Shown here one piece after another: positions 36,301-51,300 of a stretch of DNA of 64,000 nt. Location: NCBI GenBank assembly GCA_002633005.1, contig NMRA01000401.1, positions 331,827 through 395,826 on the forward strand. Direction: 5' to 3'. Source of the DNA: Phoronis australis. Taxonomy: Eukaryota > Animalia > Phoronida. A program made the translations under genes and the position numbers. The notes below the pieces were generated by a model that saw nothing but the letters and a program-made list of their open reading frames with translations, was not told the DNA's origin and made no database searches. Numbering within the stretch: the stretch's first letter is position 1; each line of letters opens with the position of its first letter.

Positions 36301-39300
36301 TGAAATAATAATTGAGAAAAATATTTTTGAGATTTCGTCTTGAAATTTGGTCAATGTTATTAATACCTTTTTTGCCGTGAATGTACATATCTTTTTTGTT
36401 TTAAATTTTACTAAAAAGATACAGACATGTGACCCAGGCAATATGTCAGACTGGCATGAACACAAAAATCAAATTCTACAAACCAAAGGCTTTCAATATT
36501 TCAGAAAATATAACTTTTACTGAGTGTTTATAGACATTTGGCAAATTGCACAGACTTGTGGATAGGTCCTAGATAACCTTGAATTTTGCAACTACTTTTA
36601 TTGTAGAACTATTCCTATTCCAGTAAATTTGTGCAACTCCACAGTGTGATCGACCCATGTATGGGAGTTGCAATGGCTGTTTACATCCATGAGTTGCACT
36701 TTCCCACTGACTTAAGTTTTCATAATAGGAGAGTTGGGGCATTGGTGTGAAAGCCACATTGATTTCATGAAAATCTTGGATTTCGTCCGTCTCCCTACTA
36801 AAAATTTAACAGCTCATGACATCAAATTAGTAACTGCTCAAGGTGTGTTAACACTGTAACTGCGCTATTTTACTGCAGTGAGAAATTTTCAACTCAACTG
36901 GCAATACAGTACAAGCCAAAAGTATTCAGACAAAATGACCCACAATTCCCCATCATGTTGGCTGGGTGGAAGTAGAATTCATCATCGGAGTAGCCTAATC
37001 TCCCGTGACGGAGAATGTAGGGAGAATTAACAGGAAATGTAGCGTCTTAGTGATCAAGACTCTCAGAATCAGCCATCATTTCCGGGAATCGGTATACTTT
37101 TGTCTTGTACTGTAATTCTGGGCATTTTTATAGTGCATTGAAATTTGATCAAAATCTGTCCAGCCAGATTAATTTGTGAGTATAGCCTGCAGCGGTCATC
37201 CAACTTTCATGTAATGGTCTAACACCTTTCTGTTGTATTCCCACTGTGACATTGGTGTATATAGTTGTCTCATTTTGTATTGTGGCTTTAAGGCCTAGGC
37301 AATGAATTTTTTATCTGACACGCACGCAGGCTGCATAATAGTGTTTCTAATCTTGACATGACGTTGTGCAGGTTTCCCGAACAGAAAACTATGGCTACAC
37401 AAATGCTGCTTTATACGGACAGGTATCCTTGGCAACCACAGTTTGTTATGCGTGATGGATTATGTTAATTTGAGTGTTGATGTTTTTGATCTCACCCCAG
37501 CTTATTAATTCTTAGTTGAAGGCATGTTAACACCAAATGCTTTGAGTATCATTTTGGCACAAGTTTTGAAGTTTTGAAAATGTATGCCTGATGATGGATG
37601 ACGTTTGCTCATTTGTTCTAACGCAGTTGATGTGAAGCACTCCTTTAAAATTGTACCTAATGTCTGACGGAATGCACAAATCCTCGTGTTCTGAGTTGTT
37701 CTGATATGATTGGCTCTCTTCATGTCTTAATGAAAAGATTTTGTTGTGTTTTTTTTTGAAATTGCAGATTTTGTGCTTCCTCATTTCATGAATAGTCTAG
37801 TGGTGTTATTTCCATGTAATACTTGACCTCTTTAATTCTGAATGCAAATTCTACTAGCTACTAAAACAGTCCCCTGTTTGATTCCTTGCCTTACCCACAA
37901 TGCTAAGCATCAGGAGGACACTTATCCTACAGCAGCAGTACCAATCACTATTTTAAATTATTTAGTGATAGCTTCCCGTTGTCCTGATTAAATTATTACA
38001 GTCACATATGAGTTGCAATGCAGACATAACAAATTTATAAGGCTGAGTGAGGTGTAATAAGCCATTCTTCACTTGCTGCACTCAGCTGCAAAGTGTAAAT
38101 ACAGGCCTACCATTTGGACATTAGATCTAACACATAACGTGTTTCCTTAAGAGTTGCCACCAGCAAGTTTGGTTGTATTCTCTCACTCAGTTACGACAGT
38201 GTAGGGTGATACTGTCAGAAATTGACAAGTCCCGTAAAATCTCACCAATTTTGAACAGAATAAATTACCAAAGTTGGTCTTTTTCCATTTTTTTCCAGGG
38301 GCTTTAACATTATTTTGAATGCCCACAAATTCTCAAAACATTGCCTGGCAGTATTAATATGCTAAACTGGAGATATTTTTTCGTGGCTCAGTTTTCAAAA
38401 GTTTGTGTTTTCAGTGACTTAGAACACTGAACTGTACCTGTCCTAATGTCATTTATCTATCAGCCGCTTTAATTAATAATCCCCTCACAACCTAAGGTGA
38501 TTGAGGCCACATAACAGTGTTGGCTGTTCTTAATTAACGGCTGATAAATGTCACACTTACAGGACTCTAAATGTGTTGAGATATATCATATCGGTAATTT
38601 TTATTTGTCTGATGATAACAAAATCACACTTCCAGTGAATAAGCAAGTTAACAGTTGTTATATACAAACATATTTACATGAGGTGGGGAACCATTAAATG
38701 ACCCTATCCTCCTGGACATGGCTGTAAACAGGTGGCACGCGCATATGTTTTCTGGCCGAGCAAAAATTTTGTCCTCTGGAAACTGTGGTGTACTGTGGCG
38801 CCCCCTCATGACCAACTAGATCCACCTGTGGCATTAGTAGTTTAACAAAACTAGCATTTGTTCCTGCTGTATGTAAATCCACTGTAAAATAACTTGAGTG
38901 TTTGTCTTCTTTTAGCAACCAGTGCAACAAAGGGGTGCTTGGACCTCGCCAATTTCCACGACGATTCGTGATCCTTACTCAGTATCTGTCCAACAAGGTC
39001 TCCCGTACATATCGTCATTGACAACGACAAGTCAGATGCCTGCCTGGGCTACAATGACAACGTCTCCGTCACAGCCCCTGCCCCACCCTCCTCCGTCCAC
39101 CATCAGGAGTCGTCCCCTGAGTGCAGGGAGCAGAAAGCCCAGTCATGACAGATTGCAGAATTTACAGGGTAGCCCGAAAGTGACTGGAAGCCCTCCAACA
39201 CCGCACAGAAGTAAGTCTACGTTATGTTTCTCAAAGATCTTGAGCTGAAGTTCAAAGGCAGTAAATTCGCTCAAATTGTGTTTTTTTCAAAACACATTTT

Positions 39301-42300
39301 GCTTTTACTTTACATTTGTGGGTACACTAAAGGTTAAATGTCTTTTGTACATTGCCATTTGTTGCGTTTGTTTAATTCAAAATATTCTTCAATATAGTGT
39401 CTTATGGCATATCACACATAAGACAAAACATAGTGTAACTCGATACATAGGTTAAAACTGTGTCCTGGTCACTTTTTCTGTTTCATGCAATTGCAACAAA
39501 TGAATATAGGAAATGCAGGTATATTGTCAGACTGATCAAAATTCTCTCTGTGCGTGTTTTACAGACAGCGGTGGTTGGATCGGTGGTCCAGTAACTCGAC
39601 CGGGCGTAGCTGCTAGTCGTAGTGCGGGTAGCTCTCCTACAACAGAACTACTTGCAACACAGGAAAAGGTGGGTATTGTGAAAGAATTGAGTCAACAGTC
39701 TAAGGAGACTTCATAACCAAATGCCAAGTGGGTTTTGAGAAAGTTTACCTTGCACTGACCCTATAGTGTATTCAACCTTTGAAATCCAGAACTACAATAC
39801 GGTGTATCTGAGACTGTTAACATGATGTTTGAAGGAAGCTGTTACAAGATTTTATGGTGTTTTCATACAGATTTCTCTTGTTAATATTATTTTGCTCTTG
39901 AAAACTTTTTATTTTTGAACGGAAAATTTTTGATTTAGAATTATGTTCTACAAAATGACATTTAGCAAATCAACGCAGTGATCCTGAATCTACAATTCAC
40001 TTGGTATTATGTTTTGCTTGTGATTTTTTATTTTTGAACTGAAAATTTTTGATTTAGAATTATGCTCTGCAAAATGACATTTATTTTAGCAAATCTGCGC
40101 AGTCTGAGTGATCCTGAATCTACAATTCACTTGGTATTATGTTTTACTTCGATCATTTTTCATTTACCTGCGACCAACTATTAAAGCTGCATGTCTTTTT
40201 CATAGGAGCAAAGAATTCTGCGTTTAAATGAAGAAGTCAGTAGATTGTCAACCATTGAAGTTGACTCATCGCGGAAGGACTCTGTGATAACACAGTTGAC
40301 ACAGGAGAATGCTCAACTGAGGAACCAGATGTCCGCGTTCCAATCTGCGGGCGGGGGTGACGCCGCACTCACCCAGCGTCTGCTACAACTGGAGAACGAG
40401 GTTGTGAATAAGCGCATGGAGGTGGCTGCCCTGAAGGAGCAGGTATAGCGATAGATGTTGTGTTATGATGCGGTGTAGGGATGGGATCTATTGATAGCAC
40501 AACTGAGAAAAGTTTCTGTAGTGGATCGATGGTCTCTATAGTTCAGTTTAAAAATATAGGTTTACGTCTTGATCTGGTAGCCTAGAGTACTCAGCCTCCA
40601 TGGAAATGGGTCATTAGTTCATGTCGTGTTTGGGATGGGATTAACTTTACAACATTTATTGTAGTGTTGTGATTAACTTGCAGTATGTATGCTGGATTTG
40701 TTTTGTAAGAAATTGAAATATTTTAGTCTAGTATGCTTATAAAAACAGGTAAATACAAAAAATACTATTGATTGAAATTATAAAGGCAGTGATGCACGTC
40801 AGTACACTGCGTTGTTTGTTGCACATGAATATTACATATTGTTTCAAAAAATATGCGTAACTGAGCTATGTTAATGTTCTCGTGTCTCCATTGGCAGATG
40901 TCCAAAATGAGGCCAGACACACAAGTAGCCAGTGACAGTCCCGCCAATTTGCGACATCAGCTGAATGAAAAGATTGTCGAGCTCAACAACACTAAAGCAG
41001 AGTTGGAAAGAGTGAAAAAGGACAAAAACATTACCTCAGGTCTCGTCACACAGATGCAAAGGGACATGGCTAACAAGGTGGGCAAATTTGCGAAGAATTG
41101 TTTTGGTATTCTGTGTTAGAACAGTAGTAATTCTTTGAAAAATAAAATCTCGTCATGGTTACGGTGAAATTTAGAAGGAAAAGACTGAAAAATTTTGCCA
41201 AGTCATTTGAAAATTGGTCGAGACTTTGTCTAAAATTTTCTGCCACACTTTCGCTGATTTTTGACAAGATAAAATTTTGTCAACCCCGAAAACTTTTGTG
41301 AGTTTGTTTCATGAATGAATTATTGTTGAATGCATAGTACCATAATCTTGATGTGTTCATAGACATTCTCATCAAAAATGGTATGAAGTAAACAAAATGC
41401 TTTCAACATGAATGAAATATTGTTGAATGCATATTATCGTAATCTTGATGTGTTCATAGACATTCTCATCAATGATGGTAAGTGAATGGAATGCTTTCAA
41501 CATGCCTGTAATCTCATTTCCTTTGTTAAAGGACACGTCCATAAGCAAGTTGACGCGAGAACTCGAGCAAGCTAAAGCGTCAATAAGAGAAAAGGACTTA
41601 CACATGTCTGCAGTGAACGCTAAAGTGTCCAGGATGAAGGATAATAAGCGACAGGATGAAGAACGAGATGCTAAAGACAAGGAGCTGATCAGTCTTAGAC
41701 ATGTTAGTCTTACTGTTGTTATGGAGTGCAGTTTGTGAGAAGGTGCATCTGTAGACAATATGGAAGAGCTTTTTGGGTCATCGCACAACGTTTACTTGTT
41801 TATTGCAACAAATAAAATATGTTGGAAATGGTTTTTATCATGAAGTGCATCAAAAGTATATTCTCTTTCCTTGTGAGCACATTATTCTTTTGTTCCGTCG
41901 TTCTAGGAAAACGACTGCCAGTTGTGAAAAAATAATGTATTTTGTGTATTTGGTGATGAGAGAATTATGTTTACTGGAAAAGAAGGGTGGTAATAAAAAT
42001 GTCCGTGAAGATGACCACTGGCTTCTTTGCATTTGGGCTGGCGACAGCTTTTTGTTTGACCCTTAAAATGTCTGGATATTTTTGTGCTTTAATTGGGAGT
42101 TTTTTCAACCAATTGAATACATTTTTTTTGCATGCCAGTCATTTTTCTACTCTTAGACCAGTCTTAGATTACGATTTTGTAATTCATTAACATGTTTTTG
42201 TTAGTTTGTTTTTTGTAATTAAAATAGTTAATGTAAATGTTTTGCCTGTGTTTTTCAGAAATTTAAGAACACGGAAAACAAGGTCTCAGAACAACTCGAC

Positions 42301-45300
42301 ATCATCAACACGTTAAAAACTGAGCTGGAACGCATCAAGCAAACAGTGGCTGACGAGAAAGATCAACAAAAGAAGTTGACCTCTGAACTCGCACAGAGTA
42401 AATCCCAGTTCCTTGACATGCAAAGAGCTGAGCGTCTGGTCAGAGTGGATCTGGAACAGGCTACAAAGAGGGTTAGTGTTGGACTTGTGTGACTTTTGTT
42501 TCATGGTCTTTGTTAAAAAATAACATAAGATTGTAATATGTACTTCTTACCAGGCCTGTTTCATCAATGAAATTTATTATTATATAGATAGTGTGTACTA
42601 TGCAGGTGTGTTACGACTTACTTCTCATGAATTGTCATCTTATTTTTAGGATATGTTGGATGAGTATTGTAAGTGACATGGAATTTCATTTACAATTTCT
42701 AAGATTGACCAGCTTACTTGTAAGCCCAACTCTGTTCCTAGTTTTGTTGATAATTGTTTCAAAACAGAAAACTTAGTCTCACATGATGGCTCTTTGTGTA
42801 AAAATACCAGTTTCACATTCATCTCAAACTATTATTTAACTCTCTTGTCATTGCTTAACATTGCATGTAGTAGAATAATATATAAAGCATTACAATGGCA
42901 GGTCATTCAAACTTAAAAAGCAGTCTTCATCCTGTGCACCAACATTCTCTTGATGCTTGCTTTTTGTCACTGTGAAACCCAGTGGGTCAAATTTAAGGTT
43001 CAAATCATGACTAACTTTGCACAGTGTTGAAGTATTATTAGTTTATTCACGTTTCTGTTGTTTCATAGTTCATCACTGTGTTTCCAGCTGGAGCGGTTCC
43101 GCAACAGGGTGATTCAGGTGACCTTCTCCACCCCTGGCATCAGGTACCCCGATGATGAGATCAAGGACGACGAATTGATGGACACCCTAAAGAAGGTGGT
43201 GGACGAACGGACAGAGTTCCACCGTAAGCTTCAGGACATGAAGGACTCGCTGAAGGAAGCGAACACCACCAAAAAGAGTGTGGTGGAAAGTGTGCGGAAC
43301 ATGAAGCAACATCTCAGTGAAATGGAGGTGGGTGAAGCACATCTTGTTGTTGTTGTTGTGTTGTTTTTGTTGTTGTTTATTGTCAAATGGCTGACAATTC
43401 CCATTGGCACATGTTAGATATCACATTGACTGCCTAGTCAACATGTTGAAGACAGGCCTAAAACAGAAAAAATGAGTGTTGCCATTTTTTAGTTTCTATT
43501 TTTTGGCCATGGGTGGGGGCTGCCCACCCAGGGCACCGTAGATCCACTTTTTGGTTATCATTGACAGATTGAAGAGGAATCCAGATGACAGGGGTTCTTA
43601 CAGTGACAATAATTGCTGCAGCGTCTAGGACAGTGACATTAACAACTTACACAATTGACAATAAAAATATTGATCTGAAAGCCATTGCCATTACATGACT
43701 AATTTATTATCAGTTTTGTTAATTGCTGTTTTAATGGGCTGTCATGTACAATTATTGTCTGTATGGTGATCTGCAATATAATGTAGTGTCTGGATTTCAT
43801 CTGCTCAAAATTTGTGTAAAGTTGAGATCTCAATCATTGTAAGACGCAGTTTTGAAAAATGTTTTTAAAACTTTGAGCTTTATTTATCATTACCTGAAAT
43901 GAAAAATTTCTTATTGGTATTTTGTAATTGCCTTAGATTCAATAGATCTGTGGTGATATCAAATGCATGTCTTAAACCTCCCTTGAATGCATTTTTGCTT
44001 TAAATTAATAGATATACTGGTCTACCTTGCAGATAGTCCTTGAAATAGCCCTTTGGCACCATATTGCATCACCATGAGAACACAGAGCAATTTAAACGAG
44101 GGGTTGAAACCATTGGTGGCGTACCATAGGGGGCTGGGGGACTATAGCCCCATTTATTTCAGTACTGGGCCACCCATGTTAGTTTTATTGTATAGAGGTC
44201 TGAATAGAATACCATTTAAGGATTCTCACAATGACTTAGAAAAAGAAAAATATAACTGACTTCATTAAATTTGACAGTATATGGCACTGGTGAGCTCATA
44301 ATTAATACTCAAAACATATTGTAACAGCAAAACTCTGGTGTGTTACCATTCAAAGTAGGCTTGAAGATTTATTAATGCATAACATTTTGATGTCAGTGTA
44401 AATTTCCTTTGATTGAATCTGCAGAACCGTGTCCGAGACAACGGCCACTTATCAACTCATGTGAAACAGGAAATCAGCCTCTTGCAGTCTGTGACTGTGG
44501 ATGAGTCGATTCAGTGGGTGAAAGACCGTGTCTTGGGACTGCTGTCACTTGAGTTGAACTGGGAACAGGAAATAGAGGGCGCTCTGGAGAGATGTGGTGT
44601 GAATGTTAAAGTTTCTTCAGATGGTAAATTATTTTTTATTATGCGGTATTTTAAATGATTGGAATCCATAAATGCTTCAGTTAGTGGCTGTTTCCTATCA
44701 TTTCCCTACAATCTTCAGTTTTTTGGATAATGTCCAGAAATCTAATACATGGATGTACTTGATTATAGTTTATGTTTTAAATTATTTATGATACATAAAC
44801 TTGTCAAGACCTTGTTCTGCAATCATCTATGAAGCCTCTTTTGTGTTTGGCTCTCACAGGGTATTGTCCAACAGTAAACCATGTACATCTACTGCAGCAG
44901 CATGATACCCAAATAATTTCTTAATGAAATTTGAATGTCAAAGACAATGCTTCACAGTGCAGACCCCTGCTCCCACGGGACCTCAGCTTCATTGTGGTCC
45001 AATTACTAAAGTATAATCAAAACACTGTCAAAACATTGACCCGCCACTCCATGACAGCTCTGTCAATGACTTAGCTGATAATTACCCAATGTACCCTGCA
45101 AGTCAATATTAACATGCAAGTCAGATGTTAAACAAATCATAGACTTGAGTTTCGCATCATCATCGTTTGCCTGCAGAGCCGGCCAAGCACATCTCTAACC
45201 TCTACGCCAAGTGGGAGTCGGCCATTGGTGACAAGGATAAGATGACGACACAGATTAACCTGCTGGAGCAGCAACACAAGGCTGACGTAGCCCTCCTTCA

Positions 45301-48300
45301 GGCTCAGATGAAGCAGGAGATGTCAGACAAGGTGATAGATGCCACAGAGAAGGCAAGGCTGGAAGGTAGGCTGCAGGCATTTTTATGTGTTTTGTAAAGC
45401 TTCAAGACTTTGTTACCAAGAAAAGATGGGTTCTGTTTTTGCAGTTTTCCTTCGAGAACTCTGTTCAGTATTATTTGTTATGCACAAAACAATGGTCCAG
45501 AATTGTGGTCACCTTTTGCTGGAGCTCCTAAAATGTTTCCATGAATAGGGTACCAGATAATCACTAATAGGTGGTGCTAATGAAGACATTTCCCTTCAAA
45601 AATAAATTGAGAGCAGAAAGCACTTCAAAGGCATGGGGGCGTTGTTGGATAAGGGCCCCACTTGATTACCCTACCCAGTTGCATGCTGGGTATTTCTATG
45701 AGTAGACCCCTTACTGCACTGATTGTCACCTAGTAAATAAATTCAACCACACTGTGTTTCAGTTTTTCTCACAGGTATCAGACATTGTCCAGAACATGTA
45801 TGTCTAACAGTCATAATTGGATGATACAGCATAATGTTTTACCAATTTTGGTTAATGAAAAGCAGCATGTTATTATAATTGTGCATACTAAGTGAAAAAG
45901 GCATAATTTTGTGGATAGTGGAATAGTGGTCGAGCGGCACCATCAGCAGACATATTGTAGTATTTCAGCAAGCTCAATTGCCGTGAACTAGTTTACACAA
46001 CTCATATCTCACAAATCTGTCCTCTGAGATGTGCACACATAAAGTTTTGCCACACGTAAAAGGTTTGCAATGGTCTCAAAGCATTCTCACTGCACTGCAT
46101 TGGAATTTCGTTTTTTGTCGAAGTTCCATTCTCATGGTGACCATTTATATGGAGGTACTTTGATGCATGGTGACCATTTATATGGAGGTACTTTGATGCT
46201 TCTAGGCGATGAAAGAATGAACAAAGCTATTGATGATATTCGAGCCACAGAGACAGAGAAACGGGAGAATGCAGTAGAGGCAGAGAGGAAGAAGTTGGAG
46301 GAATTGCAGGCCAACATGGATCAGCTGAGGGCTGTAAGTATACTATTACGAAGACTTTCTCCCACAGAAAGTGATATTCTTGAGATTTATTATGGATAAT
46401 TACTCATAGTTTTCTTTAATTTGACGGGCTGCTCAAGACCATTGCAGGTTTATTTTCATGTGTTTGGAAACTTAGTCATGTAATGTCGACATGACATACA
46501 GTACATGACAAAAGTAATCAGAAAATACTGTTTTCTTGTCATGACAGCTAATTTTGTTCACACAAAAAATAGCCAGTAATGACGACTATGGCGGAAAATT
46601 CTTACACAGGATATTGCTTACAGTCATCTTACTTGCAGTTGTCTGTTATTTCCCCTTCATTCTCAGTCGAGCTGAATTTGGCTTCCAGCTTAAGTCATCA
46701 TGGTGCGAAATTCCGGGTCCTTTTGTCTGAACACGTTTGGTGTGTTCCTTAAGAGGACTTGAAAAACTGAACATTGATTATTCAGCTTTTAGCGTGACAT
46801 TTAATGTAACTTATATAATTCTATTTCAAAACTTTTGCAGTCATTTTTGGAGAGACAAGAAGGCGACAAGGAGAAGATGGAAGCAGCTAACAGCGCCCTC
46901 CAACAGCTCGAAGAGTACCAGAAACTAGAGGTAAAGGTCTTGTATTGTGCACCGGGGGGGGGGGGGGGNGGGCATTTCATTAATCAAAGGTCTAAGTTCA
47001 CTTTTAGCCAAGACAGTTGTAGACAGGTTATTGCCAACATGACACTGTGTTTTTATAAAGAGCAAGGTATTGTTGTGTTACATAAAGAGTGAAATATGTA
47101 TAGTTACTGCACAATAATTTTGGCAATTTTTTATAATTCTGGATTAACACCCGCCTTCACTGCGAACCACATTTGTGTGCAACTTAAAGTGTTACTATGG
47201 TCTCAGCTATGACGGGACTCGTAATCTTTGACAAAACGGGCCCTAAGTTTTAAATGATTGGAGTCTCCTCTGAGCTAAAATCATGTTATCCTTACTAGTA
47301 CTTTTGATCACTTACGAAAATTTTTTTGCTCTAATTCTTAATTTGTTTACTGTCTTGCTGTTGAAATTGACTCAATTGCTTTGATTTCCTTGACCAAACT
47401 CTTATATTGTATTCTCATGATTGTGATCAATATATTTACCAATGACAGAATTGAGATGAAAGCTTGATAATCAATAAGATCACTATGACAGATCAGTGTC
47501 ATGAAATCTATGCTTGAATATTTGTGAACTCAACACGGTGAGTGTGAGACACTGTCTGGACATTTGTCTCAGCAGTTTTCAAAATTTGGTGAGGGTACTA
47601 GTAGGTTTTTCAGAATTTCTGAAGCAAAAGTTACAATTATCATAGGTGGTAGCATCAGTGTTGTCCACTGAAATTTTGTTGGCTTTATCATAGCTGCGGG
47701 TCACTAGTATGAAGACTTTTGTCTGAGAGATGTGTGGCACCGTGAGTAATATGTACTGCTGAAGTGAGGTTGTGTTAGATTCTGGAGGGACCTAGTACGG
47801 ATGATTATGGCAGTCAGTATGACAGTGAACCACCTAGGCACTTATAGCACAAGCCAAAATCAGTCAAAATGACCTGGAATTTTTCTTCATGACAGCTGGA
47901 CAGAAGCCAAAGACGTCATTAGATTAGTCTCCTCTCATGACCGAGAATGAAGGGAAATTAGAGGAAAGTTACTAGTGGTGGCTGAGCCATTTTGTAATTA
48001 GAATAATGCCACCCTATTCACTTATTACCAGTAATTTTCGCTGTTAATGAAATTAGCTGTCGCGAGGGGAAAACAGTGTTTTGTCTCGTTTTTGTCTTGT
48101 ACTGTACATGTATTACTCTCTTTGTCACTATAAACCACAGAATGTGCATGACCATATGTGTCTAAATGTTGAGTAATGCATCACCTGAGACACACTGCTC
48201 TGGTTTGGCTTTCCACACTTAGCTTTTTTAACTCTTGTTGTTGACTGATTCTAGGAACAACTGAGGGAACAGATCGCCCAGTTGGAGACCCAGAAACAAG

Positions 48301-51300
48301 TCGAGCTCGACGCTCTGAGACGGGAGAACGAGGAGGCTGACAAAAACCGACTGAGTGACGTGTCGGGCTACAAGGAACAGATCAAGCAACACTCGGTGAC
48401 TATCTGTGCAATGGAAGAAAGGTTGAACAAGGTGATGAAGAAGAATAAGGACTTGCTGGCCGAGTGTTCGTCACTCAAGAAAACTGTACAAGGTAAGGAT
48501 TGAGTGGAATGTAGAGTTAATGCTTCTTGCTGCCTGAAAGATTTATAGAGCTGTCATTCATGCTGTTAAGAAATGTTTAACAACAAAATTTTCTGATAAA
48601 TTTGTGTAGTCGTACAGAAGTCTAGTGTCCAGTCTGTTTGTCAAAGGAGTGCCTAAATTTTCAGATATTGTTTAAAAGTTAGTGTTCAAGCAGTGACCGC
48701 AGTTGGTCCTTGTCATTCTTCACGCATGGTAATAATGACATAATTATATGCCTTGGGTAAACTAAAACATTTCCAGTAACATCATGTCTAAAAACTTTTC
48801 CTATATGAAGAGGAGCAGGTATCCTATTGTTAATACTTCCAGTTTTCTCACTCATGTTTACTTACTTATTGTTAAATACACTTATTTCAAGACATTCTTT
48901 ATGTAAAAATGCTGTAGATCGTGCCATTGTCATTAACTGTGAACAACACCCATTTTCAAAAATTCCACTGGTATGCTTTTATGTGTAGATCTCAAAAACC
49001 GTCCCGCTCCCAAGCCGGCCACGCCTGTCAAGCCCAAGGTTGTGATACAGAAGCCCACTCAAGACATGGCTGCATTGAACCAGCTTATAATCAACTTGAG
49101 AGGAGAGAATGGTGACCTGAGGAAACAGATTCAGGACCAGCAGGATCTGGTGACTGGACTAAGAAGGGACCTGGCAGGGGCTTCAGCTAGACTCACGGAC
49201 ATCAGAGGTGTGTAGGGGTCTGTGCTGTAACTGGAGGTGATTTATAGAGTAGGGGTGATGACCCCTGAGATGTTTAACTTTTGGAAAATCGAAATAGCTT
49301 ATCTTTTGATTCAGTACCTTTCATACAATTTGAGGTAGGGGATCGTCATATACATCTCAGCATTGATTGGCTTGATTGCGATATTATTTCAATGCTTGGT
49401 ATTTCATTTATCCTAAGATTTTTGCTTGGCATTGAATTTATTTGAATTTGCATTTGTTTGACACACTTTCCAAACTTATACAGTTCAAAAATGTTTTATT
49501 AACAATTGATTTGACTGCAAAAATTGTCTTTCGTAGCATGGGACTTTGATCACAAGCATTTAATTTATTTTGTGTGTATTTTGATACAACACGATCTAAA
49601 TGTTGGAATGGATCACAAATATGATCTGATTCACCTATGTATGTGTAATTGCCTTCAGGAGAGATGTCCGAGTCACAGAAAGAAGAACTGGAGAGAAACA
49701 AGATGTCCCTGGGTGAAAGAGAGCGCGAACTGGTGGACCTGAGACAGCAGATGGCCAAGTTGACCCAAATCATCGATAAACAGTCCAATGAAATCAAAGA
49801 TTTCCAAGTATCAATAAGGTAGGATTGCCACTCTACATGTTTGAAGTATTGTCTATAGTAGTTCACCAGTGCATAATTGGTATTTTAGTACATTAATTTT
49901 TAAAATTGATTCCATTTCATGATTAAATTACCTTTCGGACTTGCTAGACTTGAACAATTTTCTGTTGCAGCAAACAAAAGGCAGAACTAGCCAAGTACAG
50001 GAATCTAACGAGCGAACAAGACAGCAAACTTAAAGCAGTGGAGCAACAGCTAACAAAGGAACAGCTAGACCAACAAAGGAACAGTGAAATCATAGAAAAT
50101 GAAGTAAGTTGGATTTTTCAGTGCAACAATTCTTTCAGAAGCAAAAAAACGACGTTGTGATTGTTCAATTTTATATTAAATAGAAATGCTTGGTGACACA
50201 TGTAAAAAGTATTTTAGAGTAAAATTGCGATGTAGGAAACATTTTTGCCAAAAACCAATTACTCAAAATTTGTGCCAGATTTGCTTTCTACCTATACTGC
50301 AAAGCACATTCATTGCAGTTCATTTGTGCATACTTAATATAACATATTTGTAACCTATGCAGGGTCGCATCACATCAGAGATGACAGCCATTGGTGCCCA
50401 GTGCCGCGGTGAGCGTCACGCACAAGTCATTCAGAGGCAGAGAGAGGCTCTGGCGGAACTCAGGCAGCGAATCAAAGGACTGGAAGTGTCTAACATGCCA
50501 GGTAGAATTTGAAAGCTCGGGAGTCATGTGAAAAGTTTGAACAATTCATAATTGTACTGCAATCTGAAGAAAGTCCTGGCTTTACAGTGTCAGAGTGTGA
50601 TTAGCCATGATAATGCATTTTAAGCAAAAGTGAAATTGCCTCCACACCCTCTAGAGGCTACTAGTATCTGATACCAGTTTCCATGTTGCTATACTTGAGA
50701 GTCTCCCATTCTCCAAATCTAGCAGTATTGTAAAATACGATCACATCTTTCCCTTATGTAGCTGTATCCCCTGACCAAGCCTTACAACAAGTGGTCCTCC
50801 TTAAAAAGGAGCTGGCTGAGATGAGAGCTAACCAAGCATTGAAAGACGAGCGACTGTACAGTGAGCGGAGTACACTGGACCGCCAGGTGGACAGGGCCCG
50901 GGGTATAGTGACGGCCACCGAGGTGGAGATGGATCATGAACGCAGTGCCCACAGGGAGACGCTTAGTACTCTGGAAGATAGTGAAACTTCGGTAAGTGCA
51001 CGCGCACGACCTGTGTTTTGTCGTTGTGGCCTGATGCACGTTTTAGTTTTTTCTTATTCTCCACTGATTATTTAAATCTTGTCTTTCATTTTGTAATTCC
51101 GTTAGTTTGTCTTATTATCTTTGTATGTATTTACTGAGGGCCCCCATGAAAAACAGTGTGAAATGATGGGGTTACCTTCATTGTAAATATTACACTTAAT
51201 AAAATAAAGTAAATTAGTTTAAATACATTCAATCCCTATGGTACAATGACAAGCATCTGTCCATTGTAGTTTGTTGCAAAAAATACTGTTAATTTCAGGT

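Noticed and set aside
46943-46972. Poly-G run with an internal N (G-rich tracts also at ~18563, ~23632 and ~61332)
   Set aside because: Simple homopolymer tracts that break short-read assemblies; no evidence of function.
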